Of a DNA stretch of 25,004 nucleotides, positions 16,846 to 24,033 are shown piece after piece. Numbering within the stretch: position 1 is the stretch's first letter; each line of letters starts with the position of its first letter. Position numbers and translations under genes: made by a program. The notes beneath the pieces were generated by a model. It was not told the origin of the DNA, did not search any database, and worked only from the letters and a program-made list of their open reading frames with translations. The stretch is from a candidate division WOR-3 bacterium (GTDB lineage Bacteria; Hydrothermota; Tepidihabitantia; Tepidihabitantales; Tepidihabitantaceae), in the NCBI GenBank assembly GCA_965648935.1, contig CBFGIY010000034.1:1-25004 (forward strand), given 5' to 3'.

Positions 16846-18027
16846 GTGGCGAAGCGAACTATCGTGGCGATGCCCGGCGACGGCATCGGCAAAGTTGTCC
16901 TGCCCGAGGCAATCCGCGTGCTTGACGCGGTCGGTTTTGCGGCCGACTACGTGCACGGCGATATCGGCTGGGAATTCTGGTGCAAGGAAGGCAACGCCTT
17001 TCCCGACCGCACCATCGAGCTGCTCAGGCAGCACCGGCTCGGCCTTTTCGGAGCGATAACGTCCAAGCCCAAGGACAAGGCCCAGGCCGAGCTCGACCCG
17101 GCGCTGCAGGGCAAGGGCCTGCAGTACTTCTCCCCCATCGTGACGATGCGCCAGATGTTTGACCTGGACATCTGCGTGCGGCCCTGCCGGTCGTTTGAGG
17201 GCAATCCCCTGAACTTCGTCCGCCGCAAGGGCGACGGCTTCGAGGAGCCGAGAGTCGACGCGGTCATCTTCCGCCAGAACACCGAGTGTCTCTACGTCGG
17301 CGTCGAGTGGACCAACCCGCCCGACGATGTGCGCCGCGCGCTCGAGACCCACAAGAAGATGAAGGCCTTCAGCAAAGTGCCGTCGGCCGACATGGCCATC
17401 TCGCTGCGCATCTTCACGCGCGGCGCCTGCCAGCGCATCGCCCGCGCCGCCTTCGAGTACGCCCAGCGGTTCGGGTACAAGACCGTCACGGTCTGCGAGA
17501 AGCCCAATGTTGTCCGCGAAACGTCGGGAATGATGGAAGCCGAGGCGAAAAAGGTCGCGGCCGACTTCCCCGGCATCAAGCTCAGGTCCGACAACATTGA
17601 CGCGGTGATGATGTGGCTGACAAAGAACCCGGAGGACTACGGCGTCATCATCGCCGGCAACATGTTCGGCGACATCGTGTCCGACGGCTTCGCCGGGCTG
17701 GTCGGCGGGCTCGGGTTCGCCTGCTCGGCCAACATCGGCCGCGACGTGGCCGTGTTCGAACCGACCCACGGCTCGGCCCCCAAGTACGAGAAGCTCTCGC
17801 CGTCCATCGTCAACCCGATCGCGATGATACTCGCCGCCTGCATGATGCTCGACCACGTCGGCGAGACCGACAAGTCGAAGCGGGTGCGCGACTCGGTCGC
17901 GCGGGTCATCCGCGAAGGCAGGGTCCGCACCTACGACATGATGCGCCTGCCCGGCGGGCCCGAGGTCATCGCCCGGGGCGCGGCCACGACCCAGGCCCTG
18001 ACCGACGCGATCATCGCCGCGCTGTGA
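16846..18027 (+). CDS. Isocitrate/homoisocitrate/isopropylmalate dehydrogenase family protein (beta-decarboxylating dehydrogenase), probably NADP-dependent
   Basis: GGAGGA RBS and GTG at 16846; motifs MPGDGIG, FGAITS, SPIVTMRQ...VRP, FRQNTE.LY, EKPNV, NMFGDIVSD, FEPTHGSAPKY and NPIAMI. Confidence 0.92.
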   Translation: MAKRTIVAMPGDGIGKVVLPEAIRVLDAVGFAADYVHGDIGWEFWCKEGNAFPDRTIELLRQHRLGLFGAITSKPKDKAQAELDPALQGKGLQYFSPIVTMRQMFDLDICVRPCRSFEGNPLNFVRRKGDGFEEPRVDAVIFRQNTECLYVGVEWTNPPDDVRRALETHKKMKAFSKVPSADMAISLRIFTRGACQRIARAAFEYAQRFGYKTVTVCEKPNVVRETSGMMEAEAKKVAADFPGIKLRSDNIDAVMMWLTKNPEDYGVIIAGNMFGDIVSDGFAGLVGGLGFACSANIGRDVAVFEPTHGSAPKYEKLSPSIVNPIAMILAACMMLDHVGETDKSKRVRDSVARVIREGRVRTYDMMRLPGGPEVIARGAATTQALTDAIIAAL

Positions 18028-18034
18028 GACAGAA

Positions 18035-18610
18035 ATGATAACACCGGGCGACATCGAGGAGCTGTTTGAGACACTGCTCGCCGACATCGGCGACAAGTCG
18101 CTGCGCGAGCGAACCGTCAAAGTCTGGGTCGAGGCCTGCAAGGAAGGCGGCTGGACCGAGGTCGAGCAGCTCGAGCGGATGCCGTTCACGCTCCTGACCA
18201 GAACCCACGGCATCAACATCATCCAGCACACCATCGCGGTCACCGAGGGCGCGCTCGGCCTCGCCGACGCCCAGCGCGAGGCCTACGGCAAGCTGCCCTA
18301 CAAGATCGACAACGACCGGCTCGTGGTCGGCGGCCTGCTCCACGACGTCGGCAAGCTGCTCGAGACCGAGCTTGACGACGCCGGCGGTTACCGCAAGTCC
18401 CGGCGCGGCCAGTATGCCCGGCACCCGATATCCGGCGCCATCCTCGCGGCCCGCTGCGGGATGCCCGACGACATCGTCAACACCATCGCCTGCCACGCGA
18501 AAGAGGGCGAGGGCGCGCCCAAGGTGGTCGAGACCGTGCTCATCCACCAGGCCGACTTCGCCACCTTCGACCCGCTGGTGATGCTCGACAAGGGCCAGCT
18601 CATCCAGTAG
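18035..18610 (+). CDS. HD/HDIG-domain metal-dependent phosphohydrolase
   Basis: Motifs IIQHT, LLHDVGK, RHPISGA, IACH and HQADF; 7 nt after the upstream stop. Confidence 0.9.
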   Translation: MITPGDIEELFETLLADIGDKSLRERTVKVWVEACKEGGWTEVEQLERMPFTLLTRTHGINIIQHTIAVTEGALGLADAQREAYGKLPYKIDNDRLVVGGLLHDVGKLLETELDDAGGYRKSRRGQYARHPISGAILAARCGMPDDIVNTIACHAKEGEGAPKVVETVLIHQADFATFDPLVMLDKGQLIQ

Positions 18611-18612
18611 CG

Positions 18613-20415
18613 ATGCCGACCATCATCGAAAAGATAATCGCCGAGCATTCCGGCGGCGCGCCGGTCAAACCGGGCGACATCGTCGAACTCGGCATCGACG
18701 TGCGCGCGGCGCGCGACTTCGGCGGCGCCAACGTGGTCAAGGCGCTCGAGTCGCACGGCCTCGGCGTCGACGACCCGCAGAAGACCTTCTTCACCTTCGA
18801 CTGCAACCCGACTGGCTCGGACCAGAAGTACGCCGCCAACCAGCAGTACTGCCGCGTCTTCGCGCGCGACCGCGGCATCCGGGTGTTCGACATCGACTCC
18901 GGCATCGGCACCCACCTCGGCATCGATGCCGGGCTGGTCGGACCGGGCGAGACCTTTGTCTCGACCGACTCCCACGCCAACATCCTCGGCGCGATCGGCG
19001 CTTTCGGCCAGGGAATGGGCGACCAGGACATCGCCCACGCCTTCGCCCACGGCAAGGTCTGGTTCGAGACGCCGCCGACCGTGCGCGTCGAAATCGTCGG
19101 CAGGCCCGGCCCGCTTGCCGCACCCAAGGACATCGGCCTCGCGCTGCTGCGCCACTTCGGCGCCAACGGCCTGCTTGGCTGCGCCGCCGAGGTCTACGGC
19201 GAGTATGCCGAAACCCTGAGCCTTGACGGCCGCATCACCGTCGCGTCGCTTGCCACCGAGATGGGCGCGATAATCCTCTTCTTCCCGCCGGATGCCGCGG
19301 TCATGGAGTACTGCTCGAAGCGTGCCGGGCGGACGTTCCGGCCCGTGCTCGCGGACCCGGATGCGCGCTACGAGCGGGTCGAACGGGTCGACATCACCGG
19401 CCTCGAGCCGCTGATTGCCCGGCCCGGCCATCCCGAGGACGTCGTCACTGTCGCCTCGGTCGCCGGCCGCAAGGTCGACTCGGTCTTCATCGGCTCCTGC
19501 ACCGACGGCCGGCTCGAGGACCTGGAGGCCGCGGCCGCGATTCTCCGGGACCGCAAGGTGGCGCCCGGCGTCGTGCTGAAGGTCGTCCCGTCGACCGATG
19601 AGCTGTGGCGGGCCGCTTTCCGCAACGGGCTGTTTGAGACTTTCAAGGAGGCCGGCGCGCTCATCAGCAACGCCGGCTGCGCCGGTTGCGCCGCGGGACA
19701 GGTCGGCCAGAACGGCCCGGGCGAGGTCACGGTATCCACCGGCAACCGCAACTTCACGGGCAAACAGGGCAAGGGCGAAGTCTGGCTCTGCTCGCCGGCG
19801 ACCGCCGCAGCCTCGGCCGTGGCCGGCATCATCACAACCGCCGACCGCATCCCGGCCCGGCCGGCCGTGTTCGCGCCCGGCACCGGTCAGACCGCTCCGA
19901 CCGGTCAGACGCGTCCATCCTCGGAGGCGCGCCCGACCGTGCTCACCGGCCGAGTGTGGGTTGTGGACAAAGACAACATCGACACCGACATGATCTTCCA
20001 CAACCGCCATCTCGCCATCACCGACAGCAAAGAGATGGGTCAGTACACCTTCGGCAACCTGCCCGGATGGGAGGACTTCGCAAAGAAGGCCCGGCCCGGC
20101 GACATCGTTGTCACCGGCCGCAACTTCGGCGCAGGCTCGTCGCGCCAGCAGGCGGTTGATTGCTTCAAGAACCTGGGCATCGGACTTATCATCGCCCGCT
20201 CATTCGGCGCCATCTACTTCCGCAATGCCGTGAACGCCGCCCTGGGCGTGATGACCGCGGACCTGGTCGAGTCGGGGCTGAAGGACGGCGAAGAGATCAG
20301 GGTAGACCTGGAAACCGGCGTTGTCGAACTGCTCGGTTCGGGCCGCAAAGTGCAAGGCCGGCCACTGCCCTCGGCCCAGCTCGCCATCTACCGCCGCGGC
20401 GGCCTGCTCGGCTAG
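18613..20415 (+). CDS. Fused large+small subunit aconitase-family hydro-lyase (LeuC-LeuD/homoaconitase-like), divergent active site
   Basis: TIIEKII, STDSHA, EMGA; [4Fe-4S] ligands IGSCTDGR and AGCAGC; STGNRNF; P/T-rich linker; swivel domain DNIDTDMI and GRNFGAGSSRQQA. Confidence 0.9.
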   Translation: MPTIIEKIIAEHSGGAPVKPGDIVELGIDVRAARDFGGANVVKALESHGLGVDDPQKTFFTFDCNPTGSDQKYAANQQYCRVFARDRGIRVFDIDSGIGTHLGIDAGLVGPGETFVSTDSHANILGAIGAFGQGMGDQDIAHAFAHGKVWFETPPTVRVEIVGRPGPLAAPKDIGLALLRHFGANGLLGCAAEVYGEYAETLSLDGRITVASLATEMGAIILFFPPDAAVMEYCSKRAGRTFRPVLADPDARYERVERVDITGLEPLIARPGHPEDVVTVASVAGRKVDSVFIGSCTDGRLEDLEAAAAILRDRKVAPGVVLKVVPSTDELWRAAFRNGLFETFKEAGALISNAGCAGCAAGQVGQNGPGEVTVSTGNRNFTGKQGKGEVWLCSPATAAASAVAGIITTADRIPARPAVFAPGTGQTAPTGQTRPSSEARPTVLTGRVWVVDKDNIDTDMIFHNRHLAITDSKEMGQYTFGNLPGWEDFAKKARPGDIVVTGRNFGAGSSRQQAVDCFKNLGIGLIIARSFGAIYFRNAVNAALGVMTADLVESGLKDGEEIRVDLETGVVELLGSGRKVQGRPLPSAQLAIYRRGGLLG

Positions 20416-20672
20416 CGTCCGAGTGTCTTGATTCGCTCAGGCCGGCGCACGATCAGGTAGATGAGCGCGCCGACCACGTAGGTGAATCCGACCACCAGGC
20501 CCCAGATGAGCCGCTGGTTGTTCTCATCGGTTTCCTTCGAGAGAACGTCAACGAGCGCCCAGACCCAGACGCCGAACGAAGCGAGCCCGATGAGCCCGCC
20601 GAATGGCCAGCCCCAGTCGTGCCGGCCGAAAGGCCAGCAGCCCGGGCCGTAGTGCGGAGCGCAACCGATCAT
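20412..20672 (-). CDS. Small membrane protein, PLDc N-terminal (PLDc_N)-like domain
   Basis: Two hydrophobic segments with WVWALVDVL..E....N.RLIW.LVV......GALIYL; AAGGTG RBS-like sequence before the ATG. Confidence 0.8.
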   Translation of the reverse strand: MIGCAPHYGPGCWPFGRHDWGWPFGGLIGLASFGVWVWALVDVLSKETDENNQRLIWGLVVGFTYVVGALIYLIVRRPERIKTLGR

Positions 20673-20673
20673 T

Positions 20674-20931
20674 TCACCTTCCTTGCTGCTTGACGCGGTC
20701 CGGCCGACGCGCGAACAGATAGATCAGCGCCCCCACCCAATGGGTGAACACGATGACCAGGGCCCAGACCAGCCGGTTGTTGTTCTCGTTGGTTTCGCGG
20801 GTCAGCACCTCGACCAGCATCCATATCCAGAGCGCGGTCCCGGCCAGGCCGATGATGCTGCCCAGCAGCACAAGCGAAAGCCACAGCCAGCCGAGCGCGC
20901 CGACGAGCAGTATTCCGGGGAAGCTGTCCAT
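20674..20931 (-). CDS. Small membrane protein, PLDc N-terminal (PLDc_N)-like domain, paralogue of the adjacent gene
   Basis: Real start is likely the ATG at 20931 (MDSFPGILL...); motif WIWMLVEVLTRETNENNNRLVWALVIVFTHWVGALIYL. Confidence 0.8.
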   Translation of the reverse strand: MDSFPGILLVGALGWLWLSLVLLGSIIGLAGTALWIWMLVEVLTRETNENNNRLVWALVIVFTHWVGALIYLFARRPDRVKQQGR

Positions 20932-20946
20932 CGCCTTATTGACGCC

Positions 20947-20975
20947 AGCATACGCCGGTTTGTTGCATCGGTCAA
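20947..20975 (-). promoter_or_regulatory. Sigma70-type promoter for the PLDc_N pair
   Basis: On the minus strand: TTGACC (20975-20970), 17 nt, TATGCT (20952-20947). Confidence 0.6.
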
Positions 20976-20988
20976 CCGCGTCACCGGC

Positions 20989-21016
20989 TTGCACCGCGCA
21001 TAGTGCGGCATATAAT
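20989..21016 (+). promoter_or_regulatory. Sigma70-type promoter for the LeuC/LeuD-like-citDE-citF operon
   Basis: TTGCAC (20989-20994), 16 nt, TATAAT (21011-21016); GAGGA RBS before the ATG at 21052. Confidence 0.65.
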
Positions 21017-21051
21017 GCGCCAGAGCCCTGAACCGACAAAGTGAGGAAACC

Positions 21052-22314
21052 ATGCCGATGACTTTTGCCGAGAAGGCACTCGCGGCCAAGGTCGGCCGGA
21101 CAGCGGTGCGGGCAGGAGAGATTGTCACCTGCCGGCCCGACCGCCTGCTGATGCACGACAACGCCGCGGCCATCACCGACAAGATAGCCAAGGACCTGGA
21201 GGAGTTCGGCGTTGCCGATCCGGACCAGCCGGTCATCGTGCTCGACCATGTCATCCCGGCCGCGGACGAGAAGACCGCGACCGGGCACAAGAAGGTACGC
21301 GCCTTCGTCGCCAGGTACGGCATCAGGCACTTCTTCGACATCGGCACGGGCGTCTGTCACCAAGTGATGGTCGAGAAGGGTCTGGTCCTGCCCGGGATGC
21401 TCGCGGTCGGTTCCGATTCGCACACCTGCTCCTACGGCGCGGTCAATGCCTTCGCCACGGGCATCGACCGCACCGAAGCCGCGGCGCTCATCCTGACCGG
21501 CGAGACCTGGTTCAAGGTGCCCGAGTCAATCAAGGTCACGCTCAAAGGCCGGCTCGGCGAGATGGTCACGGCCAAGGACCTGGTGCTGACCATCATCGGC
21601 GCTGTCCGCGCCGATGGCGCCGACTACTGCTCGGTCGAGTTCTGGGGCGACATCGGCAATCTGACAATTGACGACCGCTTCGCCATCGCCAACATGGGCG
21701 TCGAGATGGGTGCGAAGAACGCCGTCTTCCCGGTCGACGAGGTGACCAAAGGCTACCTGCACTCGGCCGGGGTCCACCGCACGAAGTGGAACCCGGTCTG
21801 GGCGGACGAGGGTGCCTCCTACCGCCAGGAACTTGAGTTCGACCTCTCTGCTATCGTTCCCGTCGTCGCCGCGCCGCACAAGGTCGACAACGTCAAGCCC
21901 GTGTCCGATATCGCGGGTGTCGAGGTACAGCAGTGCCTCATCGGCACCTGCACCAACGGGCGCTCCAGCGACTTCGCCCTGGCCGCGCGCATCCTCTGCG
22001 GCAGGAAGGTCGCGCCCGGGGTCAGGCTTCTGCTCCTGCCCGCGTCGCGCTCCGAACTGGAACGTTCAATGGACTCGGGCGACATCCAGACACTCGTCGC
22101 GGCCGGCGGCGTGCTGCTGCCGCCCGGGTGCGGCCCGTGCCTCGGCGCGCACCAGGGCATCCTTGCCCCGGGCGAGCGATGTCTTTCGACGTCAAACCGC
22201 AACTTCAAGGGCCGGATGGGCTGCAAGGAGGCCGAGATATACCTGGCCAGCCCCGCAACGGTCGCGGCCGCGGCCCTGACCGGCAGGGTCATTGACCCGA
22301 GAGAGGTGGTGTGA
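21052..22314 (+). CDS. 3-isopropylmalate dehydratase/homoaconitase family large subunit (LeuC/HacA-type)
   Basis: Motifs TFAEK, MHDN, VLDH, GVCHQ, GSDSHTC, ANMGVEMGAK, IGTCTNGR, PGCGPCLG and STSNRNFKGRMG. Confidence 0.92.
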   Translation: MPMTFAEKALAAKVGRTAVRAGEIVTCRPDRLLMHDNAAAITDKIAKDLEEFGVADPDQPVIVLDHVIPAADEKTATGHKKVRAFVARYGIRHFFDIGTGVCHQVMVEKGLVLPGMLAVGSDSHTCSYGAVNAFATGIDRTEAAALILTGETWFKVPESIKVTLKGRLGEMVTAKDLVLTIIGAVRADGADYCSVEFWGDIGNLTIDDRFAIANMGVEMGAKNAVFPVDEVTKGYLHSAGVHRTKWNPVWADEGASYRQELEFDLSAIVPVVAAPHKVDNVKPVSDIAGVEVQQCLIGTCTNGRSSDFALAARILCGRKVAPGVRLLLLPASRSELERSMDSGDIQTLVAAGGVLLPPGCGPCLGAHQGILAPGERCLSTSNRNFKGRMGCKEAEIYLASPATVAAAALTGRVIDPREVV

Positions 22315-22315
22315 G

Positions 22316-22810
22316 ATGAAAGTCTGGCAGTACGGCGACGACATCAATACCGACATGCTGTTCCCGGGCAAGTACACCTACACCTGCTCAAAACCTGACG
22401 AGATACGGCCTCACCTGCTCGAGGACCTCGACCCCGAATTCGCCGGGGCAGTGCAACCCGGCGACATCATCCTTGCCGGCAAGAACTTCGGCTGCGGTTC
22501 CTCGCGCGAGCAGCCCGTGGTCGGGCTCAAAGCAGTCGGCATCCAGGCGATTGTGGCGCGCAGCTTCGCCCGCATCTTCTATCGCGCGGCCATCAATCAG
22601 GGTTTGCTCCTCGTTGAAGCGCCGGAGGCGATCGCGGCCTACAAGCCCGGCCTGCCGGTCAGGCTCGACGCCGCGGCCGGGACAGTCCAGGTCGGCGATC
22701 AGACGTTCACCTTCCCGAAGCTGCCGCCTGCGATACTTGCGATATGCGAGGCCGGCGGGCTGCTCGAATTCACGCGCCGCAACCTGCGCGCGCGCAGCGA
22801 GGCGAAATGA
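22316..22810 (+). CDS. 3-isopropylmalate dehydratase/homoaconitase family small subunit (LeuD/HacB-type)
   Basis: GAGG RBS and ATG at 22316; motifs YGDDINTDMLFPGKY, NFGCGSSREQ, SFARIFYR and GGLL. Confidence 0.92.
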   Translation: MKVWQYGDDINTDMLFPGKYTYTCSKPDEIRPHLLEDLDPEFAGAVQPGDIILAGKNFGCGSSREQPVVGLKAVGIQAIVARSFARIFYRAAINQGLLLVEAPEAIAAYKPGLPVRLDAAAGTVQVGDQTFTFPKLPPAILAICEAGGLLEFTRRNLRARSEAK

Positions 22811-24033
22811 GCACCGCAACAGCTGGCCGGCGCGGGCCTGATGTGCGTTCCGACCTGTGGGTCGAACTGGAACTGCGCGACTCGGACGGCGTCCAGCTCG
22901 CGCTCAAGAGCAAGGTCGACTTCATGTACGGCGAAGCCAACCGCGCGCTCATCCTCGACGTGCTCACGAGGCTTGGCGTCGCCAATGCCCGGGTCACGGT
23001 CGAGGACACCGGCGCGCTGCCGCCGGTCATCACCGCGCGGGTCGAGACCGCGGTCCGACGCGCACTCGCCGGCAGGGTCGTACCGGAGTACCTGCCCGAA
23101 CCCGGCCCCTCGTTCGCGCGACCGTCCGCGCGCGACCGCTGGCGCCGGTCCCGGCTATACCTGCCGGGCAACGAGCCGAAGTTCATTCTCACTGCCCGCA
23201 TCCACGAGCCGGATGCGGTGATCCTCGACCTTGAGGACTCGGTGGCCCCGGCCGAAAAAGACGCTGCCCTCGTGCTGGTACGCAATGCCCTGCGCGCGCT
23301 GGACTTCGGCGCCTGCGAACGGATGGTGCGTATCAATCAACTGCCCCGCGGTCTGGATGAGATCGAGCCGCTCGTTCGCGCCGGCGCCAACCTGCTGCTC
23401 ATCCCCAAGTGCGAGGACGACGAGGAGGTCGAGGCGGTCGCCGAGCGCGTTGACAAGGCCGGTGGCGATACCGAAGTGTGGCTGATGCCGATAATCGAAA
23501 CCTGCCGCGGCATGTTCAAGGCGCACAAGATCGCCCGGGCTTCAGACCGCATCGTCGCTCTGACCTGGGGACTCGAAGACTACATCGCCGACCTCGGCGG
23601 TATCAAGACCCCCGACGAGAAGGAGAGCCTCTGGGCCCGGGCCCAGATCGTCAACGCGGCCCGGGCCGCCGGGATTCAGGCCATCGATACGGTGTTCGGC
23701 GATGTCGACGACCTCGATGGTCTCGAACGGAGCTGCCGCGCGGCGCGCGAATTCGGATTTGAAGGCAAAGGCTGCATCCATCCGCGCCAGATACCTGTCG
23801 TGCACCGCGCCTTCACGCCATCGCATGAGGAAGTCGAACGGGCTCAGCGCATTGTGCTCGCGTACCGCGATGCCCAGGCGCGCGGCCTCGGTGCGGTCAG
23901 CCTCGGCTCGAAGATGATTGACGCGCCGGTGGTCAAACGAGCCCTGCGCACGGTCAAGCTGGCGGTCGCCTGCGGCTGTCTGGAGCCGAGCTGGGACAGC
24001 CCGGTTGCGGCGCCGCACGAGGAGGCAAAGTGA
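22807..24033 (+). CDS. citE: Citrate lyase-type acyl carrier protein (CitD) fused to citryl-ACP/CoA lyase beta subunit (CitE)
   Basis: ATGA overlap, start at 22807. N-terminal ~90 aa are CitD-like (AG....VRSD, S.V...YG, V.VEDTGAL..VITARVETAVRRA). The CitE part has RRSRLYLPGN, ILDLEDSV, VRIN, PIIET, GFEGKGCIHPRQ and KMIDAPV. Confidence 0.9.
   Translation: MSTATAGRRGPDVRSDLWVELELRDSDGVQLALKSKVDFMYGEANRALILDVLTRLGVANARVTVEDTGALPPVITARVETAVRRALAGRVVPEYLPEPGPSFARPSARDRWRRSRLYLPGNEPKFILTARIHEPDAVILDLEDSVAPAEKDAALVLVRNALRALDFGACERMVRINQLPRGLDEIEPLVRAGANLLLIPKCEDDEEVEAVAERVDKAGGDTEVWLMPIIETCRGMFKAHKIARASDRIVALTWGLEDYIADLGGIKTPDEKESLWARAQIVNAARAAGIQAIDTVFGDVDDLDGLERSCRAAREFGFEGKGCIHPRQIPVVHRAFTPSHEEVERAQRIVLAYRDAQARGLGAVSLGSKMIDAPVVKRALRTVKLAVACGCLEPSWDSPVAAPHEEAK

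Noticed and set aside
18388..20010. 540-aa minus-strand ORF (likewise 16831-18243)
   Set aside because: Antisense to well-supported enzymes; expected from high-GC codon bias.
20932..21423. N-terminal extension of the 20674..21423 ORF
   Set aside because: It overlaps the LeuC-like gene antisense and two promoters; the real start is likely the ATG at 20931.
16846..22810. Calling the cluster a leucine (leuBCD) or AAA-lysine operon
   Set aside because: No leuA/homocitrate synthase or lysW-type genes in the window; the dehydrogenase has an NADP-type motif, and the genes are coupled to citDEF, so those symbols were withheld.
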